Source: an uncultured Adlercreutzia sp. (GTDB lineage: Bacteria > Actinomycetota > Coriobacteriia > Coriobacteriales > Eggerthellaceae). From it: a DNA stretch of 64,000 nt. The position numbers and the translations under genes are program-made. Shown here piece after piece: positions 9,376 to 17,389 of this stretch. Where the stretch lies: assembly GCF_951801035.1 (NCBI RefSeq), contig NZ_CATOKT010000002.1. The stretch is one strand, 5' to 3'. Under the pieces are notes generated by a model. That model saw only the letters and a list, made by a program, of their open reading frames with translations, searched no databases and was not told the origin of the DNA. Within the stretch, counting starts at the first letter, position 1. Each line of letters opens with the position of its first letter.

Positions 9376-10359
9376 ATGGCAACGCTGGGGTTTCGAGGCG
9401 CTGCGGAGGACGAAGAGCAGTCTGCGGCGAAAAGCCGCCCGCGGGGGCGCGTTGCTCCCGATGTGACGACGGAGATTATTGGCGAGCGCGCCTCCAATAA
9501 TGGCGTGCTGGTGTTTTCGGCGGTGCTGTTCGCGGGGACGGCGCTGATTGCGCTGGCGGTAAGTTGGCTGCTGGTGGACGATGTAACGCTGCCGGGGCTT
9601 ATAGTTGCCCTGGTGGTGGGATTGCTGGCGGTTTCGTCGTGTCACGTTGCCCAGCAGTGGGAGCGCGTTGTCGTGTTGCGTCTGGGCCGGTTCAACCGCG
9701 TCTCGGGCCCCGGGCTCTTTTGGACGTGGCCGGTGGTGGAATCCAATACCCTGCGCATCGACACTCGTACGCGGGTCACTACCTTCTATGCGGAAGAGAC
9801 GTTGACGGCGGACCTGGTGCCTATGAACGTGGATGCGGTGCTGTTTTGGCACGTGTGGGATGCGAAGGACGCTTGCGTGGAGGTAGGTGATTTCACGCGC
9901 GCTGTGGAAATGTCCGCTCAAACCGCTTTGCGCGATGCCCTGGGACGGGCCGGCGCGGCCGAGGTGGCCATTCGTCGCGAGCAGCTTGACCGCGAGCTCA
10001 AGCGCGTGCTTGAGGAAAAGGTAGCTCCGTGGGGTGTGACCATTCTCTCGGTGGAAATCCGCAACATCCTTCTGCCCAAGGACTTACAGGAAACGATGAG
10101 CCTTGAGGCGCAAGCGGAACAGCGCAAGAAGGCGCGCATCATTCTTATGGAGGCCGAGCAGGATATCTACGAGATCCTCGAAGAAATGAAGGATCTGGTA
10201 GGTGGCGAAGAGGCGGTTTCTCGCCTGCGCGCCATGCATTTGCTGAACGAGTCTCTGCGCGAAGGGGAGGGGACTGTGCTGGTGCCGAGTGCCTTTGCCG
10301 AAGGCTTCAACGGGGCTGACGGAGCGGCTGACGCACTGAAGAGCGTACTCGGCAAGTAG
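9376..10359 (+). CDS. SPFH/band-7 (stomatin-like) membrane protein
   Basis: N-terminal TM segments followed by VAQQWERVVVLRLGRFNRVSGPGLFWTWPVVE...DAVLFW...ALRDALG and a QAEQRKKARI coiled coil. Start at Met12 of the track ORF, 1 nt after the GntR stop. Confidence 0.85.
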   Translation: MATLGFRGAAEDEEQSAAKSRPRGRVAPDVTTEIIGERASNNGVLVFSAVLFAGTALIALAVSWLLVDDVTLPGLIVALVVGLLAVSSCHVAQQWERVVVLRLGRFNRVSGPGLFWTWPVVESNTLRIDTRTRVTTFYAEETLTADLVPMNVDAVLFWHVWDAKDACVEVGDFTRAVEMSAQTALRDALGRAGAAEVAIRREQLDRELKRVLEEKVAPWGVTILSVEIRNILLPKDLQETMSLEAQAEQRKKARIILMEAEQDIYEILEEMKDLVGGEEAVSRLRAMHLLNESLREGEGTVLVPSAFAEGFNGADGAADALKSVLGK

Positions 10360-10391
10360 AAGCGACGGCAGCTGCCGCCCTCATCAGGTGT

Positions 10392-10414
10392 TTTAATGAC
10401 AGCGTGTCATTAAA
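10392..10414. promoter_or_regulatory. perfect palindrome TTTAATGACA-GCG-TGTCATTAAA
   Basis: 10-bp arms with a 3-nt centre, in the AT-rich intergenic region between the SPFH gene and the Mo-oxidoreductase gene. Confidence 0.4.
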
Positions 10415-10444
10415 TTATCCTAAAAATAGGAATATGATTTGGGG

Positions 10445-10483
10445 AATTGTCCTATGATAATCATTGATTGTCATAGGACAATT
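10445..10483. promoter_or_regulatory. 13-bp perfect inverted repeat AATTGTCCTATGA-N13-TCATAGGACAATT containing the shared 18-nt motif
   Basis: Left arm 10445..10457, right arm 10471..10483. 10445..10462 = AATTGTCCTATGATAATC, about 97 nt upstream of the 10559 ATG. Confidence 0.5.
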
Positions 10484-10558
10484 TGTTATGGTGGAGCCAC
10501 GCGATTCGGCCGAATCCATGATGTAATTTCTTTTCAAGAAAGAGGATAGGGGGAGATC

Positions 10559-13303
10559 ATGGAACGACAAATCGGCGAAGGCATGAGCCGGCGATCGTTT
10601 ATTGCTGGAGCTAGTGCCGCTGCCGCTGTTCTAGGCCTCGGAGGGACATCGCTGGTGGGTTGCGCAAGCCAGCAGGGAGGCGACGCAGGGGGAGAAGCCC
10701 TGTCGGAGACGGGCCATCAGCAAGACGAATGGATTCCCACCAGCTGCAACATGTGCTTCAATCAGTGCAGCATCAAGGCCCATGTGGTGGACGGGGTTGT
10801 TGTCGAGTTGGCGGGCGACGAGAACGCCCCCAACGGCGGTCGTATGTGCGGCAAGGGCGCATCGGGCATTATGCAGCTGTACGATCCCTATCGCGTTACC
10901 AAGCCTATGAAGCGTACGAATCCCGAAAAGGGCATCGACATCGATCCCGGCTGGGAAGAGATTACGTGGGAAGAGGCCTACACCCTGGCCGCCGATAAGA
11001 TTCGCGAGGCCGTGGCAGAGAACCCGAACAACTTTATGTGGGGCTCCGTGGTAGCTTCCTCTGTGGCCGAAGAGTACCTCTGGTTTGGTGCTATGGGCGG
11101 ATGGGGAACCCAGGAATACATGATGTCGGACCTCTGCGGTGCGGGTATTCACCAGTTTTCTGACCTGTACACCACCACGGGTAATTCCGGTCCCGATTGG
11201 CGCTACTGCAAATACCTTATTCAGTTTGGTACGCAGGGTGGCATCGCAACGCGCCACGGCTACAACGTCAGTTGCGCTCGATGGGCGGACGCGCGAGATG
11301 AGGGCGCGAAGATGACCGTCTTTGACCCTCATATGTCGGCGAGTGCCCAGAAGGCCGAGCGATGGGTTCCGATTCGCCCCGGCACTGATACCGCTGCTGC
11401 TCTTGCCATCGCCAACGTCCTTGTGCACGAGCTGGATCTGCTCGATTATCCCTACTTGATCAACCGCACCAATGGCCCAAGTCTGATTGACAAGGAAACC
11501 ATGCGTGTTGTCTATCTTGAGGACGGCGGTAAGTCCATCTACATGGATGAATCCGATGGGAAGATTAAGCCCTACGATGAATGTGCCGAGCCCGCGCTGG
11601 AGGGTGAATTCGACTTCGACGGCAAAAAGGTAGTGACCGCTTTCACGGTTTACAAGAATCACCTCAAGCAGTATACGCCTGAATGGCAGGAGGAGATTAC
11701 TACCGTACCGGCGCAAACGATTCGCGATGTGGCTAAGGAGTTTGGCGAGGCGGCTTGCATCGGCCAAACGATCGAGATGGACGGCGTCACGCTGAACTAC
11801 CGCCCGGCATGTGCCGATTTGTTCTCGGGAGCGGTCCATCATAAGCACTGCGGCCAGGCTTGTATGGCAATTATGGGGCTAAACGTTCTGGTGGGCTCGT
11901 GCAACGAGTGCGGCGGCTTCATTACGTTTGCTGCTGAGTGCCAGGGCTTTGCCGATGGCAACGATACGGTTAGCTGGACGTCTCGTGTTTACGAACCCGA
12001 CGGATTGCTCCATTCTCACGGCATGGGTTCGGCGGCCAGTAACTCCATTTACGAGAAAACCTATGGCCAAGACTTCGTGGTTACCTCGGGCGGGTACAAG
12101 GAGTTGAGCCCGCTCGTCATGGATCCGCACTGGAAGTTCGTCTCCCAGGTGCAACCTGAGCTGTTCAACAACAACTTCCCTCCGTCGAAAGTTATGTTTG
12201 CCTTGGCCTGCAATCCGATTCGCTGGTGGCAAAACCATGACGAGCAGATCGAGATGTACAAAAAACTCGACTACGTCATCGGGTGCGATATCTACATGAC
12301 AGATGCGTCGTACTTCTTCGATCTGATGGTGCCTGAGGCGTGCTACCTCGAGCGCTTTGAGCCCTATCCGCTCACCTACTACGCTTACAAGGGATGCGGT
12401 GGCGTTGATGTGCCTTGGATGCTCGGCATTCGCCAGCCTGTGGTTCCTGCTCGCGATGATTGTCCGTCGGCCATCGAGATCGTTAACGAGCTCATTGACC
12501 GAAGCGGTAACAACGAGGGGTACTGGATGTTCCTCATGGCCACCAAGTTCCTCAAAGAAGAGTACCTCGAGGGATATTTCGATACTACCAAGCGGTTTGA
12601 TCTGGAGGCGTTTGCCGACGCGGTGTATAAGTCTGCCGTGGACGACGAGCATGGCTTGGAGTGGTTCAAGAAGAACGGCGTGTGGACCCATCCGCGCAAG
12701 GTCGAGGAAATGTATATCTACGCCAACGATCGTCCGGGGCGCGTTCCGATTTACCACGACGTGATTCTTGAGGCGAAAGAGAATTGCAAGCGGGCCATCG
12801 ACGGAATGGGCGGCTTCAACTTCGAATTCGAGTACGACGAGTTCACCGCGCTTCCCACCTGGATGGAGTGCTGTGATCATCACATTGAGGACCCCGACTA
12901 CGATCTCTTCCCCATCTATTGGACAGACGCGATGAACATCGATACCCATTCGGTGTACAACGCTTGGATCAACGAAGTCAACGAGCAGTCTCCCTGGCTC
13001 TACGCCATCGAAATGAACTCCAAGACGGCCGCTGCGAAGGGGCTTCAGAATGGCGACGACATCGTGCTCAAGAGTCGCGAGGGCGCGACCGTTGAGGGCA
13101 AGGTCTTCGTCAGTGAAACCGTGCACCCCGAGGTTGTGTCGGTTGTTGTCGGTAGCTTGGGATCGAAGTCCGAGTTTATTCCTGTTGGCAAGGGCAAGGG
13201 CCTGGGCATCAATCATCTGATTCCTGGCCAGGATCCGAAGCGCTTCGATCACCTGACGCAAGCGTACGACCAGTGCATTCGTGTCAACGTATCGAAGAAG
13301 TAG
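10559..13303 (+). CDS. TAT-exported molybdopterin (bis-MGD) oxidoreductase catalytic subunit, DMSO-reductase superfamily, substrate unknown
   Basis: Twin-arginine signal MSRRSFIAGASAAAAVLGLGG. N-terminal [4Fe-4S] motif CNMCFNQCSIK...MCGKG. 914 aa with a typical MopB/molydopterin-binding layout. Confidence 0.9.
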   Translation: MERQIGEGMSRRSFIAGASAAAAVLGLGGTSLVGCASQQGGDAGGEALSETGHQQDEWIPTSCNMCFNQCSIKAHVVDGVVVELAGDENAPNGGRMCGKGASGIMQLYDPYRVTKPMKRTNPEKGIDIDPGWEEITWEEAYTLAADKIREAVAENPNNFMWGSVVASSVAEEYLWFGAMGGWGTQEYMMSDLCGAGIHQFSDLYTTTGNSGPDWRYCKYLIQFGTQGGIATRHGYNVSCARWADARDEGAKMTVFDPHMSASAQKAERWVPIRPGTDTAAALAIANVLVHELDLLDYPYLINRTNGPSLIDKETMRVVYLEDGGKSIYMDESDGKIKPYDECAEPALEGEFDFDGKKVVTAFTVYKNHLKQYTPEWQEEITTVPAQTIRDVAKEFGEAACIGQTIEMDGVTLNYRPACADLFSGAVHHKHCGQACMAIMGLNVLVGSCNECGGFITFAAECQGFADGNDTVSWTSRVYEPDGLLHSHGMGSAASNSIYEKTYGQDFVVTSGGYKELSPLVMDPHWKFVSQVQPELFNNNFPPSKVMFALACNPIRWWQNHDEQIEMYKKLDYVIGCDIYMTDASYFFDLMVPEACYLERFEPYPLTYYAYKGCGGVDVPWMLGIRQPVVPARDDCPSAIEIVNELIDRSGNNEGYWMFLMATKFLKEEYLEGYFDTTKRFDLEAFADAVYKSAVDDEHGLEWFKKNGVWTHPRKVEEMYIYANDRPGRVPIYHDVILEAKENCKRAIDGMGGFNFEFEYDEFTALPTWMECCDHHIEDPDYDLFPIYWTDAMNIDTHSVYNAWINEVNEQSPWLYAIEMNSKTAAAKGLQNGDDIVLKSREGATVEGKVFVSETVHPEVVSVVVGSLGSKSEFIPVGKGKGLGINHLIPGQDPKRFDHLTQAYDQCIRVNVSKK

Positions 13304-13317
13304 AGGGGGAGAGATCA

Positions 13318-13914
13318 ATGACCTACGGAATGGTTATCAACCTGCGTAAGTGCGTGGGATGCCGTGCATGCGTAACGGCTTGCAAGGGCGCCAATGGTAC
13401 ACCCCCGACGATCTTCCGATCCCGTGTCGAGCAGGTGTTTGAAGGCGCCTATCCCGATGTGACGTGCCAAATTACGCCGATGCTCTGCATGCATTGCGAG
13501 AACGCGCCCTGCGTGGACGTGTGTCCCAGCGGAGCAAGCCAGAAGGGCGAAGACGGCATTGTCACGATCGATAAAGAGGTGTGCATTGGGTGCCAGAGCT
13601 GCATTGCAGCGTGCCCGTACCAGGCGCGTTCCTATATCGAGTCCGAGGATGGCTATTTCGGCAAAGAGCTGACGCCTTACGAGGAGATGCGCTATCAGGC
13701 AATGCCGGTGGGCACCGTGGACAAGTGCGACTTCTGCAAGGGCAATGGGCGCTTGGATAGCGGCGAGGTTCCTGCTTGTGCCCAGGCCTGCTTGGCCAAG
13801 GCGCGCATCTTCGGGGATTTGGACGAGCTGAAGTCCATGATCGACGAGCGCGACGCGGCTCAGTTAATGCCGGAGCAGGGAACAAACCCGTCGGTGTACT
13901 ACATTCCCGCATAG
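13318..13914 (+). CDS. 4Fe-4S dicluster electron-transfer subunit (DmsB/PsrB-like)
   Basis: CVGCRACVTAC, CMHCENAPCVDVCP, CIGCQSCIAACP, CDFC...CAQAC cysteine clusters. Start at Met16 of track ORF 13273. Confidence 0.9.
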   Translation: MTYGMVINLRKCVGCRACVTACKGANGTPPTIFRSRVEQVFEGAYPDVTCQITPMLCMHCENAPCVDVCPSGASQKGEDGIVTIDKEVCIGCQSCIAACPYQARSYIESEDGYFGKELTPYEEMRYQAMPVGTVDKCDFCKGNGRLDSGEVPACAQACLAKARIFGDLDELKSMIDERDAAQLMPEQGTNPSVYYIPA

Positions 13915-13927
13915 TTCGGGCATGCGT

Positions 13928-13953
13928 GGGGGCCGGGCTTAAGCCCGGCCCCC
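13928..13953. repeat. 26-nt perfect GC-rich palindrome GGGGGCCGGGCTTAAGCCCGGCCCCC inside the operon
   Basis: Sits between the 4Fe-4S gene stop (13914) and the TorD-like start (13985). No following T-run. Confidence 0.6.
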
Positions 13954-13984
13954 CTGAGGGGGCTACATCCAGGAGGAGGATATT

Positions 13985-14668
13985 ATGACTATCGATCAGA
14001 TGGGGCGCCTTTTCGCGTCCGCGGATATGTACCAGGTACTAGGATACTTTGTCATCACGCCCACGGCGGCCGTGACCGACGGCCTCTATGGCGGAGAGCT
14101 GCTCGGTGACATAGAGGCCATTGCCGGCGAGCTTGACTTGCGGACGGTTCAGGCGCCCTTGCAGGAGTTTCGCGCCTGGATCGGCAAGCAGGTGGGCGCC
14201 GAAGATGCTGACACGTATTTCCATCGCGTGCGCAAAGACTATACGCATCTGTACACAAACCCGCAGTTCAGCGCTAGCACGCTTTTCGAGAGCCGCTTCT
14301 TGGGCAATGAGGAAGGCGCCAAGGGTCTTGAGATTGTGCTTGCCCAGACAGTGCAGGACCAGAAAGAGCTGTACGCCCGCATGGGCTTCGCGCCCGACTT
14401 CAAGCCGGCGCTGCGGCCCGACCATATGGCGATGCAGCTGGCCTTTATGCAGGTGCTGCGTACGAACCAGGGCATTGCCCTGCGTGACGGCAACGACGAC
14501 GCTGCCGCTGAAATCGCTGCAACGGCGGCTGCGTTCCTAACGGAGCATCTTGGTACGTGGGCCATCCCGTTCTTCGAGGAAATGGAACGCGAGGCCGAAG
14601 AGGAAACCTATCGATTCATTGGCCAGCTTGGAGCGGCCTTCATGGCCCAGGAGCTGGGTCGCCTCTAG
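13985..14668 (+). CDS. TorD/DmsD-family redox-enzyme maturation chaperone
   Basis: Position after the catalytic and FeS genes. About 225 aa, helical, with a DHMAMQLAFM-type motif typical of the family. Strong RBS AGGAGGAGGA. Confidence 0.7.
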   Translation: MTIDQMGRLFASADMYQVLGYFVITPTAAVTDGLYGGELLGDIEAIAGELDLRTVQAPLQEFRAWIGKQVGAEDADTYFHRVRKDYTHLYTNPQFSASTLFESRFLGNEEGAKGLEIVLAQTVQDQKELYARMGFAPDFKPALRPDHMAMQLAFMQVLRTNQGIALRDGNDDAAAEIAATAAAFLTEHLGTWAIPFFEEMEREAEEETYRFIGQLGAAFMAQELGRL

Positions 14669-14710
14669 GGCGCTTCGGCTTCTTTCTACGCTGACCCCTC
14701 CTCCGAAAAC

Positions 14711-14750
14711 GGCGTCGACCAACTCCCTCCCAGGTCGACGCCGTTTTTTT
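14711..14750 (+). terminator. rho-independent terminator of the Mo-enzyme operon
   Basis: GGCGTCGACC-N12-GGTCGACGCC followed by G-TTTTTTT. Confidence 0.8.
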
Positions 14751-14777
14751 GCGCCATGGACAAGGCGAACCCACGAC

Positions 14778-14853
14778 TTTGCAAAAGCTGCAAAAGTTTG
14801 CAAAGCCAGAAAAAGTTTGCAAAAGCTGCAAAAGTTTGCAAAACTTGCAAAAA
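14778..14853 (+). repeat. four tandem 19-bp units, each starting with the palindrome TTTGCAAA (iteron/operator-like)
   Basis: Units at 14778, 14797, 14816 and 14835: TTTGCAAAAGCTGCAAAAG / TTTGCAAAGCCAGAAAAAG / TTTGCAAAAGCTGCAAAAG / TTTGCAAAACTTGCAAAAA. Confidence 0.85.
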
Positions 14854-14887
14854 CACTGCAGTCCAGGTATGGCAAAGGAGGTTCGCG

Positions 14888-16003
14888 GTGGCCCAGTCGA
14901 ATCCTTTTACCCCTACGTTTGGCATTGTGCCTCCCATCATGGCGGGTCGCGAGGAACTGGTCGAAGAGCTTTCCTGTGCGTTCGCCAACGGGTTGGGCGA
15001 TCCGAATCTCTGCACCATTTTGGCGGGCGCGCGCGGCACGGGGAAGACGGCTTTCTTGTCTTTTATCGCCGACGAGGCATCGTCTCAGGGCTGGATTGCG
15101 GCAAAGACGACCGCTGCAGAAGGCATGCTCGAGGACATTCTTCAGCAGGCAACCTGGAATGCCCAGAGCTTTCTCGATAACATGGGCGGCCGAAAGCTCA
15201 AGGGCCTGACGGTTGGACAGCTTGTCGGTTTCGAGTGGGAGAACGAGCGGCCGGTGGCTGGCAACTGGCGCACGCAGATGAATCGCCTGCTCGAGCAGTT
15301 AGATGAATACGATATCGGTTTGCTGATCACCGTCGACGAGGTGAAGGTTTCGGTTGACGAGATGAAGCAGCTCGCGCGCATCTATCAGCATTTTGTAACT
15401 GAGGGCCGCAAGGTGGCTCTTCTCATGGCGGGGCTTCCCCACAACGTCTCCCAGTTGCTGAGGGATGACGATATCTCGTTTCTTCGCCGCTCTCGCAAGC
15501 ACCACTTGGGGCGCATTCCCGATTTTGAGATCAGAGAAGCTCTCCGTCTTACCCTGCAGGAGGGGGAGAAATCCATGGGGCCAGAATCTCTTGATGAGGC
15601 AGTGGCCGCTATCGACGGATTTCCCTACATGATGCAGCTGGTTGGTTACTGTGCGTGGAGCGAGGGAGGGGCTGAAGAGGAGCTTGCTCCCGACGCGGTA
15701 AGGCGCGGTATTGCGCGGGCGCGCAAAGAGATGATCGACGGCGTGCTTGAATATACCTATCTTGAGCTTTCTCAAGGTGACAAGCGTTTCCTTGGGGCCA
15801 TGCTCCAAGATGAGGGGGAAAGTTCGCTGGCTGTCATTGCCGAGCGAATGGGCGTACGCAGCAATTACGCCTCGCAGTACAAGAAGCGCCTCCTTGAGCA
15901 GGGGATCATCGGAGAACGCGTGCGGGGCTATCTGCGTTTCGATATGCCGGTGTTTCGAGAGTATCTGGCAGAACGCCTGCAAGAAGAAGATGAGCTGGCG
16001 TGA
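14888..16003 (+). CDS. ORC/Cdc6-like AAA+ ATPase with C-terminal winged-helix domain
   Basis: Walker A GARGTGKT, Walker B LLITVDEV, C-terminal wHTH-like LAVIAERMGVRSNYASQYKKRLLEQGII. GTG start at 14888 is preceded by AAGGAGG. The ATG at 14756 would translate the tandem repeat. Confidence 0.75.
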   Translation: MAQSNPFTPTFGIVPPIMAGREELVEELSCAFANGLGDPNLCTILAGARGTGKTAFLSFIADEASSQGWIAAKTTAAEGMLEDILQQATWNAQSFLDNMGGRKLKGLTVGQLVGFEWENERPVAGNWRTQMNRLLEQLDEYDIGLLITVDEVKVSVDEMKQLARIYQHFVTEGRKVALLMAGLPHNVSQLLRDDDISFLRRSRKHHLGRIPDFEIREALRLTLQEGEKSMGPESLDEAVAAIDGFPYMMQLVGYCAWSEGGAEEELAPDAVRRGIARARKEMIDGVLEYTYLELSQGDKRFLGAMLQDEGESSLAVIAERMGVRSNYASQYKKRLLEQGIIGERVRGYLRFDMPVFREYLAERLQEEDELA

Positions 16004-16164
16004 GTGCTCGAAGAGGGTGCTGTGTAAAAAGAAGCGGCTCAGTCCTGTGCCCCTCTTGTGCGCCTGCTCGAGCGAGCTCCAGTATTTTGCGCCGCGTCAA
16101 TAAGGTTACCGATTCGTATCAGTTCGATGGGGGAGTGGTGACAGCGCCGTTACCGCTTTGTGCC

Positions 16165-16182
16165 ATTTGACGACCGTCAAAT
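16165..16182. promoter_or_regulatory. palindrome ATTTGACG-AC-CGTCAAAT upstream of the DUF308 gene
   Basis: 8-bp perfect arms, about 140 nt upstream of the 16324 ATG. Confidence 0.3.
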
Positions 16183-16323
16183 AAGAAAGCCCCGATCATT
16201 CGTACCATGGCTAAACAAAAGAGAGTGCAAGACTCGCAGGGGGTCTTGCTGGTGGGCGGACGTGCCTTTCGAGCCAACGAGGGTCAAGCAGGAACCCGGT
16301 CCGCCATAGATGGGAGTAACGCC

Positions 16324-16902
16324 ATGGAGAAGTTTCTGAACATTGTGCGGTCGAACAATATGGTTCAAGCGGTGCTGTGCATCGGGTTTGGCCTGTTTCT
16401 TATGGTGTACCCGTCCATTACCATCAACGGCGTTATTATGCTGTTCGCGGTGGCCATGCTGCTCATGGGCATAGGCTCGCTGGCTTCGTACTTCCGTGGC
16501 AAAGGCGCTCGCTATCACGACACGGGCATGCTCATGACTGGCGTGTTCTATCTCATCGTGGCTGCCATCGCCTTCATCTTCCCCAAGGCACTGGCTAGTT
16601 TCTTCTCGGTGGTGTTGGGTCTCGTGCTTATCCTGTGCGCCATCGTCAACCTGGTGCGCGCCTTCGACATGCGCCGGTTTGGCGGCAACGTGTGGATCGC
16701 CGTGCTGGCCGTCAGCATCCTGGTGGGCATCGGCGGCGTGCTCGTAGTAGTGAATCCCTTCGGCGCTACCATGACCTTCGTGCTGGTGTTGGGCAGCGTG
16801 TTCGTGGTGAACGGCGCCATGGATTTGTTCATCGAATGGTACGTGCGCGACTCTGAGAGCAAAGCCGGGGGCGGTCCCATGGCGAAGAGCCATCACGCCT
16901 AG
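16324..16902 (+). CDS. HdeD/DUF308-family membrane protein
   Basis: Six hydrophobic segments with the typical DUF308 pattern (AVLCIGFGLFLMVYP...). Start at Met40 of track ORF 16207, with GGGAG 7 nt upstream. Confidence 0.65.
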   Translation: MEKFLNIVRSNNMVQAVLCIGFGLFLMVYPSITINGVIMLFAVAMLLMGIGSLASYFRGKGARYHDTGMLMTGVFYLIVAAIAFIFPKALASFFSVVLGLVLILCAIVNLVRAFDMRRFGGNVWIAVLAVSILVGIGGVLVVVNPFGATMTFVLVLGSVFVVNGAMDLFIEWYVRDSESKAGGGPMAKSHHA

Positions 16903-16981
16903 GGCGCGTAGCACCCGTTCCCGCAATCGCCATCACCGATGGCGGAGTATCGAGACACCCTATGTTAACTTTCGCGAAAGA

Positions 16982-17004
16982 CCCCTGCATACGCAGGGGT
17001 TTTT
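16982..17004 (+). terminator. rho-independent terminator
   Basis: CCCCTGC-ATAC-GCAGGGG followed by TTTTT. Confidence 0.75.
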
Positions 17005-17107
17005 GCTATTATAGGCAGCACGCGTGCGGCAAGGTGGTTCCGCGTTCGCGCTTTCGGGCGCCCGGGCCCCTTTCACGCTAAAGCTTTTAATCCGGAAAGG
17101 AAATGCG

Positions 17108-17389
17108 ATGGCAGACGAAACCAGCGCCTTGGCCGAGATCGAGAAGCATCGCGAGAAGATCGACGAGATCGATCGTCAGCTCGTGGCCCTTCTCAATAAG
17201 CGCGCCAGCCACTCTCTCGTCATTCGCGGGCTGAAGCCCGATGCCCATATGGGCCTCTACGACGCCCGCCGAGAGGAGGAGATCTTTGCGAAGATCGCCT
17301 CCTACAACGAGGGCCCGCTCTATAACGAGTACCTTCGTGCTATCTACGAGACCATCCTTCGAGTAAGTAAGGAGACGCCGTCCGTATGA
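17108..17389 (+). CDS. chorismate mutase (AroQ class)
   Basis: IEKHREKIDEIDRQLVALLNKRASHSLVIRGLK...YDARREEEIF. Start at Met29 of the track ORF. Stop overlaps the next gene's start (ATGA). Confidence 0.85.
   Translation: MADETSALAEIEKHREKIDEIDRQLVALLNKRASHSLVIRGLKPDAHMGLYDARREEEIFAKIASYNEGPLYNEYLRAIYETILRVSKETPSV

Noticed and set aside
14756-14887. ATG start giving a Cys/Lys-rich (CKSCKS...CKTCK) N-terminal extension that looks like a zinc finger.
   Set aside because: The peptide is just the translation of the 19-bp tandem repeat. A GTG with a consensus AAGGAGG follows at 14888.
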